Source of the DNA: a virus
Strand: one strand, 5' to 3'
Virus record (IMG/VR): IMGVR_UViG_3300030104_004642
Span: 1-64,000 of that record
DNA: 64,000 nt
Shown here: one piece after another, positions 36,509 to 44,213 of the stretch
How positions within the stretch are numbered: position 1 is the stretch's first letter
Layout: every line of letters begins with the position of its first letter
The notes under the pieces: model-generated
Databases searched by the model: none
What the model saw: only the letters and a program-made list of their open reading frames with translations
Told to the model about the DNA's origin: nothing
Position numbers and translations under genes: made by a program

Positions 36509-36759
36509 GCTTTCACCAGACTTTCATACTTTTCTTTAAGTTTACTATTGGGTTCAGCAATAGTCAAGATCTTATCAGAATGAATCATAAAAACATTCTG
36601 ACTGGTAACATCAACCAACCATGGAGAGAGGGTATCCTGCTCTCCTAATACCATTGGTTCAGTCAGTTTACAATCTGGGGAACCAAGTTCCCCAGCAACC
36701 TCATCAATCTGTGTGATGAGTGAATAGTTCTGAAAGATCAATACCTTTACATTATCCAT
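36505..36759 (-). CDS. conserved hypothetical protein
   Basis: 84 aa ORF directly upstream of gp43. Confidence 0.7.
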   Translation of the reverse strand: MDNVKVLIFQNYSLITQIDEVAGELGSPDCKLTEPMVLGEQDTLSPWLVDVTSQNVFMIHSDKILTIAEPNSKLKEKYESLVKA

Positions 36760-37054
36760 CTGTTACCTTTGCCTCTACTTTTGCTTTTGCTTCAACCTTC
36801 TTCACCACTGGGGGTTCAGGAATAGGACGATAATTTCTCCATCTAGCAATCTCAACAGTCTCAAATGTTTCTGTTGGATTTCCCCTGTCAATCTTCTTAC
36901 GAGTTACAATGACCTCATCATAGGGATCCTCCTGAACATCAGGGTAATCCATATGAGCGTTGAGTCTGACCTGACGATCAAGTTCAACATACTCCACAAA
37001 TTTTGTGGATTTGGGTTCCACAATAACTGGATACTCTTTCTTTTTGGGTGCCAT
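36752..37054 (-). CDS. hypothetical protein
   Basis: 100 aa ORF in the operon. Confidence 0.65.
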   Translation of the reverse strand: MAPKKKEYPVIVEPKSTKFVEYVELDRQVRLNAHMDYPDVQEDPYDEVIVTRKKIDRGNPTETFETVEIARWRNYRPIPEPPVVKKVEAKAKVEAKVTDG

Positions 37055-37056
37055 GA

Positions 37057-37218
37057 TCAGAAGGATTTGGTGTGGATGTCAAGTTCGCCATCATCAATAT
37101 GGGCGTGGTCAATATGTTCAATATGACCATGCACCATATTTATTGTAATGGTCCCACTCTCCAATGCCTTTGCTATCCTATCTAAGGAGTCTGCTATCCT
37201 GAATAAGCTGTTGTCCAT
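37057..37218 (-). CDS. small His-containing hypothetical protein
   Basis: MDNSLFRIADSLDRIAKALE...HGHIEHIDHAHID. Confidence 0.6.
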   Translation of the reverse strand: MDNSLFRIADSLDRIAKALESGTITINMVHGHIEHIDHAHIDDGELDIHTKSF

Positions 37219-37240
37219 GATGAAGAGGTTCTGTCCCCAT

Positions 37241-37269
37241 AGTATAGGCGAAAAAAAGGGGGGTGTCAA
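37241..37269 (-). promoter_or_regulatory. sigma70-type promoter of the gp43 operon, embedded in a terminator
   Basis: TTGACA-17 nt-TATACT. Confidence 0.7.
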
Positions 37270-37291
37270 CTGGATTGTGCCAGTTCCCCCC
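37251..37291 (-). terminator. terminator hairpin downstream of hsp20
   Basis: GGGGGG-AACTGG-CACAAT-CCAGTT-GACA-CCCCCC followed by T7. Confidence 0.75.
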
Positions 37292-37324
37292 TGTGCCCAT
37301 AGGGCGGCGACGATACAATCCTAT

Positions 37325-37762
37325 TTAGAACCACTCTTTTCTTCTATGAGAATCAGGGACAATCCTACCCAGTGTGATGGTTAGCAACCCATTCTCAAAT
37401 TCAACTGATCTAACTTCCGTTTCATCTGAGAGGCTCCAAGTTCTGGTGAAAGATCGTTGAGCCAGTCCTCTATGGACATATGTTTTGCCTGATCCTTCGT
37501 CATCTTCCTTCTTGCCTTCAACGAAGAGTTTTCCGTCTTCTGTGTAGACTGTGACATCTTTTTTTGAAAATCCTGCTAGTGCTAGCTCAAGTAAGGATTC
37601 GCTGCTACTTACTTCAACTAGGTTATAGGGAGGGAAGTTTGACTGTGTTTCTTGTAGTTTAAACAACTTGTCAAAGTATTGATCCATCCCAATACTATTC
37701 TTATTTATACGATCCATCAACGCAGGAAGGTCTGACGCACCATATCTGGTAAGGTTACCCAT
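37325..37762 (-). CDS. hsp20: small heat shock protein
   Basis: FPPYNL, ELALAGF, HRGLAQRSF, NGLLTI, IVPD; IbpA-like. Confidence 0.95.
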   Translation of the reverse strand: MGNLTRYGASDLPALMDRINKNSIGMDQYFDKLFKLQETQSNFPPYNLVEVSSSESLLELALAGFSKKDVTVYTEDGKLFVEGKKEDDEGSGKTYVHRGLAQRSFTRTWSLSDETEVRSVEFENGLLTITLGRIVPDSHRRKEWF

Positions 37763-37820
37763 TATTCTAGCTCCTATAAAAGCGAGTTTGTTTTGTGTGG
37801 ACCCCTAAGGCATCCAATCA

Positions 37821-37828
37821 TATTTATA
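37821..37828 (-). promoter_or_regulatory. T4-type late promoter for hsp20
   Basis: TATAAATA. Confidence 0.7.
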
Positions 37829-37862
37829 ACACACTTCTAAAAAAATGTCAGTAGGGTTATCC

Positions 37863-37985
37863 CTAATCGTGATTGTGTTCATCAAAAGAATCTGTCAAGT
37901 CCTTGGAAGGTGGTCCAAAGGACAAGTATATCCCATAGGATGTAAGTATGGCAAGACTCAGCATGATGATTACAATCAGATTCAT
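37863..37985 (-). CDS. psbN: photosystem II assembly factor PsbN (40 aa)
   Basis: MNLIVIIMLSLAILTSYGIYLSFGPPSKDLTDSFDEHNHD: TM plus Y.IY..FGPPSK.L.D.F.EH signature; ATGA overlap with regA stop; below the track cutoff. Confidence 0.85.
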   Translation of the reverse strand: MNLIVIIMLSLAILTSYGIYLSFGPPSKDLTDSFDEHNHD

Positions 37986-38419
37986 TCTGCTTCCTGAGTC
38001 TTTCCTTTCTTACCAATATTATACTTCTGCTCCAGGGTCCAATCGTTCTTATCCCTGTATGGCAGGACTTTGATCTGATTCAATGGAGCAATATCCATGA
38101 TTGAATCTTCCTTCACCACACTAATGAGGCCCCAGTCAGCAAGAAGGCGAGTAATACGATTCCTACGCTGAACGTCGTTAACAGTAATGTTAGCGTATTT
38201 GCCATCAAGAGCAAACAACTCCTTAAAATGCACTATGTAATATTTACCTTGCTTGTGCAAAATATGGCAGGATTGATAAAGTTTTTTCTCTTTTCGTGAA
38301 GCTACACCAATTCTTGTTAAGGTTTCCCTTACTTTGAGGAAGTCATCTGGTTCATTCAATATAATCTCAATCATTTTATCCTGAGACCAATGAACCTGAG
38401 GTTCAGTAGTTTGATTCAT
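37982..38419 (-). CDS. regA: translational repressor RegA
   Basis: DDFLKVRETLTRIG, LYQSCHILHKQG.YYIVHFKELF.LDG. Confidence 0.96.
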   Translation of the reverse strand: MNQTTEPQVHWSQDKMIEIILNEPDDFLKVRETLTRIGVASRKEKKLYQSCHILHKQGKYYIVHFKELFALDGKYANITVNDVQRRNRITRLLADWGLISVVKEDSIMDIAPLNQIKVLPYRDKNDWTLEQKYNIGKKGKTQEAE

Positions 38420-38784
38420 CTTTTACCACCAGTGTCAAGTTTTTGTTTAATAAAGAGTAATTGTTCATTGGACAAGATTTTCAAAACTTGTGCTGCCTTC
38501 TCATTACTATAACCATAGTATTTTTTGACAAACTCAAGGTCTGAGACCTTTTCTTTACGAACCCAAGGAGAGAATCTCTTCCTCTTTCTCAGTGTATTTA
38601 TGTAAAAATTATATTGCATGTCTTTATCTAAGAAATGATACTTGTTCATCTCATTAGCAAACAAAACACAATCCAGATGTCCAGATAGACACCTGTTCAC
38701 AATGTATGGTGGATACTCCTTAATGTCCTCACTAAGATCTTCCTTAGTAAAGTTGATAGAATTCAACCAGTCTTTCAGTTCCAA
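38416..38784 (-). CDS. gp62: clamp loader small subunit
   Basis: LKDWLNSIN, YPPYIVNRCLS, ANEMN, RKRFSPW, YYGYS. Confidence 0.92.
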   Translation of the reverse strand: MELKDWLNSINFTKEDLSEDIKEYPPYIVNRCLSGHLDCVLFANEMNKYHFLDKDMQYNFYINTLRKRKRFSPWVRKEKVSDLEFVKKYYGYSNEKAAQVLKILSNEQLLFIKQKLDTGGKR

Positions 38785-38939
38785 TGCCTAATCACCCCTG
38801 CAATAATAAAACAGTTAGTCGCCAAATAAGTAAAGAATATAAAAGTACGAAGAATAGCAACAGCATTATCGTATCTTTTCGTCTTGACATCAGAGAAACT
38901 ACCCAGTGTGTACTTCCACAGTCTCCATAATCTCTTCAT
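38775..38939 (-). CDS. small membrane protein (54 aa)
   Basis: MKRLWRLWKYTLGSFSD...NCFIIAGVIRHWN, manual translation. Confidence 0.6.
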   Translation of the reverse strand: MKRLWRLWKYTLGSFSDVKTKRYDNAVAILRTFIFFTYLATNCFIIAGVIRHWN

Positions 38940-39318
38940 TGATATACCTCAAAAGTTCCTTGTCTTCAACATCATTTGGAATATCATTCTTATAGAAGAT
39001 CCTGTAACTATCAGAACCATACTTACCAATACCAAAGAGTTTGGTGGCATCCTCACCATCCCACTTAAGTATATCATGGGTCATACGCATGATACGATGT
39101 GCCCTGATGTTGAACATACCAAGTGGTTTGATAAAGTCAGAGAGACTATCATGCTGCCACACTTTAAGGAACTCCTCTGGTGTGGGTGTTATCTTGAATA
39201 GTTCTGTAAGGATTGGTTTTACCTGATTGCGTGATGTAAGGTTAAGACAGATGACACCAACCATGTGCTGCCATACATTATCAACCTGTTGTTGAACCAT
39301 CAGTTCTTCAACCATCAA
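38899..39318 (-). CDS. HhH-GPD DNA glycosylase, MBD4 catalytic-domain-like
   Basis: VQQ..W..MVGVICLNLTS, PLGM...RA, L.GIGKYGSDSYRIF closely parallels MBD4 (LHGIGKYGNDSYRIF), with the catalytic Asp retained. Confidence 0.8.
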   Translation of the reverse strand: MMVEELMVQQQVDNVWQHMVGVICLNLTSRNQVKPILTELFKITPTPEEFLKVWQHDSLSDFIKPLGMFNIRAHRIMRMTHDILKWDGEDATKLFGIGKYGSDSYRIFYKNDIPNDVEDKELLRYINEEIMETVEVHTG

Positions 39319-40216
39319 CCAGACCCTCCTTTTTCAATCTATTGAAATTGTAGCATCCTTCAAAGGTAAGTTGAACCTTTGGTTTCTTACCATAATTCAT
39401 AAGCAGAAGTTCTTTTCTTTCCTTCTGCTCTCTCATATATTTACCAACAGACCTGAGTGTATATGTATGTTCAAACTCTGCCATATTCCATTCCTGGAAT
39501 CTATCCTTTACTAACTGTCCTGAGTTGTAGGAGACAAGCATATTGATACTACAATCAGAGCAATCACGAGAAAAAGTGTCATGGTTGAATCCTTTATGCA
39601 TACTTCCTTTTTTTCCATATAAACTATCCTTAATGGCATAGGGTGGGTCCAGATAGATGAATGACTTCCTCTCAGAGTATTCATCCATTAATGCTTCATA
39701 GGACAGGTTTGTGATATTCCAGTTTTCAATAATCTTCTGGAAACCTGGAAGTCTATCAATACCCCTCTGAGTAAAATTGTTTTGTGATGCCATCTTAGAG
39801 AAGGAAGATGACTCAGTTAGACCAGAAAAAGAGCACTTATTTACAATATAAAATGCACATGCCTTGGCAAAATCATTAACACTATCATCATTAAGATGAC
39901 CCTTTGATGAATTGAATAACAACTTACACTTGTCAGGGTTATCATGAAACCTTTTAAGTGAACCAAGAAAATCCCTCATCTCATCACCTTTCTCCTGGAG
40001 TTGTTGCCAGAAGTTGGTTAGTGGTTTATATAAATCATTGACCCAGATGTTCAAATGAGGATACATCTTAGTCAAATGAATTGCTACTGAACCACCACCT
40101 AAAAATGGTTCCCTATATTCTTGATAATCAGTTAGATCAGGAATGTGGGGAACAATTTTAGTGAGAGCACGTGACTTACCACCAGGATAACGAAGAGGGG
40201 TTTTCAAAGATTTCAT
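39308..40216 (-). CDS. dam: alpha-class (D12) DNA adenine methyltransferase
   Basis: LRYPGGKS, EPFLGGGSV, ND, YLDPPY motifs; target specificity not verified. Confidence 0.88.
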   Translation of the reverse strand: MKSLKTPLRYPGGKSRALTKIVPHIPDLTDYQEYREPFLGGGSVAIHLTKMYPHLNIWVNDLYKPLTNFWQQLQEKGDEMRDFLGSLKRFHDNPDKCKLLFNSSKGHLNDDSVNDFAKACAFYIVNKCSFSGLTESSSFSKMASQNNFTQRGIDRLPGFQKIIENWNITNLSYEALMDEYSERKSFIYLDPPYAIKDSLYGKKGSMHKGFNHDTFSRDCSDCSINMLVSYNSGQLVKDRFQEWNMAEFEHTYTLRSVGKYMREQKERKELLLMNYGKKPKVQLTFEGCYNFNRLKKEGLVDG

Positions 40217-40218
40217 AA

Positions 40219-40485
40219 TCAGTGGATATAGTATTCAAAATTAAAGAAAGAGGAACTATGCATGAAACTTGTGCCATGATGCCCAAAACCTGATCCCCCA
40301 TGGGTGTGCTTATGGTAGTGGCAGTATCCCCTGTTTCTATGGCAGTGATGATGCTTGTGAGATGGCATCCAGTTGCGATGGGTGTGTGGGCGATGGGGAT
40401 GATGTTTATATCTATTTGCCTTGTGTGCCATGGCTGGTGTGCTAAGAAGCATACTACCAGCTAATACCAAGAGTAACTTTTTCAC
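40219..40485 (-). CDS. secreted His-rich protein
   Basis: Signal peptide (PAMA) followed by a His/Arg-rich region. Confidence 0.65.
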   Translation of the reverse strand: MKKLLLVLAGSMLLSTPAMAHKANRYKHHPHRPHTHRNWMPSHKHHHCHRNRGYCHYHKHTHGGSGFGHHGTSFMHSSSFFNFEYYIH

Positions 40486-40646
40486 TCAATTACCTCTAAT
40501 AAATTGTTTACAGAATTGGACAGTGATCTATATCCTGTGCCAACATAAATCTGACCTACCACCACTGAAACAGTAGCAACACTCCAGAATATGTAGTACC
40601 ACCTACTCTTGACTTGATGTTTTTTGCCTTGTTTCTTCGTCTTCAT
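40482..40646 (-). CDS. small membrane protein (54 aa)
   Basis: MKTKKQGKKHQVKSRWYYIFWSVATVSVVVGQIYVGTGY..., manual translation. Confidence 0.55.
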   Translation of the reverse strand: MKTKKQGKKHQVKSRWYYIFWSVATVSVVVGQIYVGTGYRSLSNSVNNLLEVIE

Positions 40647-40791
40647 AAGTAATGGAAATTCTTTTTTTCACATATCCCTTAGAGTCTATCACAAGACACT
40701 TATTAATACAACAGTTGTCAAGTGCCTCTTCAATATTCTGTAACTGCATATGCAGCATCAGATTCCTATCATGCTCACTCAGTCTTTTCAT
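40603..40791 (-). CDS. hypothetical protein
   Basis: 62 aa ORF in the operon. Confidence 0.5.
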   Translation of the reverse strand: MKRLSEHDRNLMLHMQLQNIEEALDNCCINKCLVIDSKGYVKKRISITYEDEETRQKTSSQE

Positions 40792-40975
40792 TGTAGTATG
40801 CTATGGTTTTGTGGAACTCTTCCAGTGGATCAGGATATTTATCAGGATATTGAATCCTGTTTATCCTATCCTTGAACTCTTTTAGTTCTGGGATATGCAT
40901 GTACCCAAGAACATCAATGAGTGCTATAAGTTCATCTTCATCCAACTGGATGTTACGAATGCCATAGTGTTTCAT
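40775..40975 (-). CDS. hypothetical protein
   Basis: 66 aa ORF, ATGA overlap with purS. Confidence 0.55.
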   Translation of the reverse strand: MKHYGIRNIQLDEDELIALIDVLGYMHIPELKEFKDRINRIQYPDKYPDPLEEFHKTIAYYNEKTE

Positions 40976-41247
40976 TTAACCCCCTGAGGCCATTCTTCAA
41001 TCTCCACCAAATCATAATCCCAATCCTCAATAACAGGATTAGCATACAGACGATCAGAAAGAAGGTCCAGTTCTTTTCTTGCTATCTCCTCAGTCTCTGC
41101 TTCCAACCAAACATCAATCACCTTACCCAGTCTAAGCTTCTTGATATTCAAATCAGACAGTCTTCTTGATGCATCCCTCACAGCATTGCCTGGTGAATCA
41201 TCAACCTGTGATCTCAAACGAATAAACACCAACCCTTTAAACTTCAT
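40972..41247 (-). CDS. purS: FGAM synthase subunit PurS
   Basis: LR..V.D.PG.AV, LRLGKVI, LYANPVIE. Confidence 0.88.
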   Translation of the reverse strand: MKFKGLVFIRLRSQVDDSPGNAVRDASRRLSDLNIKKLRLGKVIDVWLEAETEEIARKELDLLSDRLYANPVIEDWDYDLVEIEEWPQGVK

Positions 41248-41407
41248 TCTCTAACTCCTGGATGATTCTTGCTACTTGTTTTTTATTTGTTCCAGAAGGC
41301 GCATTATGCAGACAGATGAGAATACATTCTTTATCAGTGATGGGTGGTTTCATTGTCCACCCATTCTCATCAAGTAGAACCTCTGGTGCCTCAACATTTT
41401 CTGTCAA
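41237..41407 (-). CDS. small hypothetical protein (56 aa)
   Basis: TTG start; ...DENGWTMKPPITDKECILICL.NAP.GT..KQV. Confidence 0.5.
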   Translation of the reverse strand: MTENVEAPEVLLDENGWTMKPPITDKECILICLHNAPSGTNKKQVARIIQELENEV

Positions 41408-41601
41408 AATCCCCCTCCTTTTGATTTTTTCTTCTTTGGTTTTGATTTAGGTAAGATTTTTTTCATTTCCTCTTCTGAGTAATTGGCACAGAGAGAAAGC
41501 ATCTTATCAAGAGCATACTGATACTGAGAACCAGCACTCATCTTACTGAGTAGATGGTGTGCTACATCATACCTTAGTTCTTCAAGTTCTTTTTCATTCA
41601 C
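41404..41601 (-). CDS. hypothetical protein
   Basis: 65 aa ORF ending KKKSKGGGF. Confidence 0.6.
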   Translation of the reverse strand: MNEKELEELRYDVAHHLLSKMSAGSQYQYALDKMLSLCANYSEEEMKKILPKSKPKKKKSKGGGF

Positions 41602-42545
41602 TTGAACTCACACTCCACCATAATCTCAGTGAGACATGCCAGCATGTTTATTTCCTGATCAGCAACGAAAGAAGATTGGTATTGATACTTAGCAATGATA
41701 AGAACAGCAGCAGCAATGCCAGAACCTTCCAAGGACTGATAAGAAGCATCATAAACAGACCTAAGAAGTACAGTAGGATCATTGTCCAGATTATCGACGA
41801 CCCACTTACGTACCTTAGGAAAGTCTTTTTCTTTGAGCGTTTTAAAGAGGTCATCAGTTTTTACATTAGAAAAGGAAGCAAGGATGCCAGAGTCAATACT
41901 ACCACCAGCAGCATATCTCTGACATTCATTAAGAACACGTCTCCAATCAGGAAAGTGTTTCTGAATAAGTTCTACCAGGACCTTGTTATCATATTTAATA
42001 CCTTCTGCATCCAAGATTTCTTGGAGACGTGTGAAGAATGATGCTGCAAGTAACTGCTTTTCTTTTCCTTTGAGGGCAAAGTCAATGACTGAGCATCTGC
42101 TATGAAGGGGTTGAATGATTTTGTTTTTGTAGTTGCAGGTGAAGATGAATCTGCAATTACCAATAAACTCCTCTGTAAACGCCCTAAGGCAGAGTTGAAC
42201 ATCTGGGGTTGTGTTATCTGCCTCATCAATAATGATGACCTTGTGTTTGGCAGAAGAAGATAGCGATACAGTTGAAGCGAAGTTCTTTGCATTATTACGT
42301 ACAGTGTCTAAGAATCTACCCTCATCAGAACCATTGATAACATAGTAATCTGTGCCTAATTCAGCACAGAGTGCCTTAGCAACTGTGGTCTTACCACAAC
42401 CTGGTGGTCCTGATAGGAGAAGGTTAGGAACCTCCCCCTTATCTAGGAAATCAATAAAAGTGCTCTTAATATTTTTAGGAAGAATGCACTCTTCAATTTT
42501 CTTTGGGCGATACTTCTCTACCCAAATAAACTCATCACGACTCAT
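41598..42545 (-). CDS. gp44: clamp loader large subunit
   Basis: WVEKYRP, GPPGCGKTT, IIDEAD, SRC. Confidence 0.96.
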   Translation of the reverse strand: MSRDEFIWVEKYRPKKIEECILPKNIKSTFIDFLDKGEVPNLLLSGPPGCGKTTVAKALCAELGTDYYVINGSDEGRFLDTVRNNAKNFASTVSLSSSAKHKVIIIDEADNTTPDVQLCLRAFTEEFIGNCRFIFTCNYKNKIIQPLHSRCSVIDFALKGKEKQLLAASFFTRLQEILDAEGIKYDNKVLVELIQKHFPDWRRVLNECQRYAAGGSIDSGILASFSNVKTDDLFKTLKEKDFPKVRKWVVDNLDNDPTVLLRSVYDASYQSLEGSGIAAAVLIIAKYQYQSSFVADQEINMLACLTEIMVECEFK

Positions 42546-42648
42546 CTTTCTCCTGTTGTTTTTTCAACCATTCTTTGAACTTTCTCTTACCCTCTACAAC
42601 CTTCCACCAGGGAGCATAAAGGGGTCCATCATAATCTTTTTTCATCAT
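42535..42648 (-). CDS. small hypothetical protein (37 aa)
   Basis: MMKKDYDGPLYAPWWKVVEGKRKFKEWLKKQQEKDES fills the speD-gp44 gap. Confidence 0.5.
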   Translation of the reverse strand: MMKKDYDGPLYAPWWKVVEGKRKFKEWLKKQQEKDES

Positions 42649-42973
42649 ATCTATTAATTACCTGAGAGTCAAGGTCAGTAGCAGCCATTGCTTCATACAT
42701 GTATGAGGCACCTGCCCTTGGACTTGTGTGTTCGCCACAGGTGAATATATCACACACTGCTATTCCACTCTCAGGCCAAGTATGAATGGATATATGGGAC
42801 TCTGCTAATAGTGCAATTCCAGTAACCCCCTGAGGTTCAAATTTGTGAGTTGTAACATTCAACAAATTACTTCTGGATAATGTGGCAGCATTGGCAAGGA
42901 CATTGCGAATGTGTGCCTCATCATCCAAAAAACCATAGGGGCATCCTTTTAGTGTAAAAAGAATGTGTTTCAT
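42629..42973 (-). CDS. speD: pyruvoyl-dependent S-adenosylmethionine decarboxylase-like proenzyme
   Basis: HKFEPQGVT, LLAESHISIHTWPE, CDIFTCG. Confidence 0.9.
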   Translation of the reverse strand: MKHILFTLKGCPYGFLDDEAHIRNVLANAATLSRSNLLNVTTHKFEPQGVTGIALLAESHISIHTWPESGIAVCDIFTCGEHTSPRAGASYMYEAMAATDLDSQVINRYDEKRL

Positions 42974-43635
42974 CCAAAGGTAGAGTCAGGTTCAAGGGCA
43001 ATGAAGTAGGTTACATCAATGTTCTGATTTGTAAAACGTGACAGCAGTTTCTGAGAAACAACCACATCATAGGAACCAGGAACAATTTTCAAATTCTCTT
43101 CTTTGAAATTGAATGTGAACTCTGCATCAGTTTCTCCAACAATAATGGAGAAATCATTAGAGGTGTCATTCTTCTTATCACGAGCAACCAGTTTGATAAC
43201 ACCTGCATCACCAATAGCAGAGATATCAGGGAGTTGATAGATGGATGCTGCCTTCTTCAGTTTTTCCAGTTGTTGACTGGTCAGTTCAAAACAAACATCC
43301 TCTGTGGGAAGAGAGATCTCCTTTTCAGGAGGAGCAACAATGACTGTGGGATCAGCAAAGAAATACTTAGAGCGCATCTTACCCTCTCTGATCATCACAA
43401 AGTCATTGCTCTTGAAGTCAAGTTCAGGACTTGCATGAAGTGACAGACCATTAAGGAACTGGTTCAGGTCATAGATACCAAAATCCCTTGGAAAATCTTC
43501 TTCTACTGTTGCCTCAGCAAGGATGTTCTTCATCACTGAGATAGAACGAAGTTTGTTTCCCTGTTTAAACAGGATAGATTGGTTAATTGAAGAGAAGTTC
43601 TTCAACAGGTTGACAGTGGTATCAGAAAGTTTCAT
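42970..43635 (-). CDS. gp45: sliding clamp
   Basis: MKLS..T..LLKNFSSINQSIL, FGIYDLNQFL, YFIALEPDS. Confidence 0.94.
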   Translation of the reverse strand: MKLSDTTVNLLKNFSSINQSILFKQGNKLRSISVMKNILAEATVEEDFPRDFGIYDLNQFLNGLSLHASPELDFKSNDFVMIREGKMRSKYFFADPTVIVAPPEKEISLPTEDVCFELTSQQLEKLKKAASIYQLPDISAIGDAGVIKLVARDKKNDTSNDFSIIVGETDAEFTFNFKEENLKIVPGSYDVVVSQKLLSRFTNQNIDVTYFIALEPDSTFG

Positions 43636-44179
43636 ATGGTTGAGGGTTGTCATTACAGAGGCCAGCAAAGTGATAGAGAAGAATGCAATAGTGAATTGCT
43701 TTTAGGATGTCTTGCTTAGATTTTCCATCCTTTTTACCAAAACGTGAGAGGTATTTGATAGCATTAGATCTGCAGAATGGTTCTGCATCACCAACAGATT
43801 CAATCAGATCAAGTGTCTGAGTTTTTGATTCAGGAGAAGCATAGTGAGACTTATAGGTGCCACCAAGATACTCCTTAATCTCTTTGAGGATTACATCTTC
43901 ATGATACTTCCAACGTCCATTCTTATTGTCCATGGTTGGAAGGTCAGGAATGTCATAGTTAGGGATATCAAAACTAATAGTATCAGGTGAGCTAGGACTG
44001 AACATATTCATATCCACAGGTCCAGCAGCACCAATAAGATCAGAGGAGAAGGTGATTCTATCATCACCCAATCCTCCTACAATTTTATCATCAAGACCAT
44101 AAATTTTATTGTAGTTTCCTGTGTCAATCATAGTGTCTCCATAAAGTTCATTGTAAAGTAATGACCAAGAGTTTACCAT
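43622..44179 (-). CDS. DUF3310 / T7 gp1.7-like domain protein
   Basis: HY, QTLDLI, FCRSNAIKYLSRFGKK, DILKAIHY. Confidence 0.7.
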   Translation of the reverse strand: MVNSWSLLYNELYGDTMIDTGNYNKIYGLDDKIVGGLGDDRITFSSDLIGAAGPVDMNMFSPSSPDTISFDIPNYDIPDLPTMDNKNGRWKYHEDVILKEIKEYLGGTYKSHYASPESKTQTLDLIESVGDAEPFCRSNAIKYLSRFGKKDGKSKQDILKAIHYCILLYHFAGLCNDNPQPYETF

Positions 44180-44184
44180 CAGTT

Positions 44185-44213
44185 ATTATATCAAACCTCA
44201 CTGATGACGTCAA
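44185..44213 (-). promoter_or_regulatory. sigma70-type promoter
   Basis: TTGACG-17 nt-TATAAT. Confidence 0.65.
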
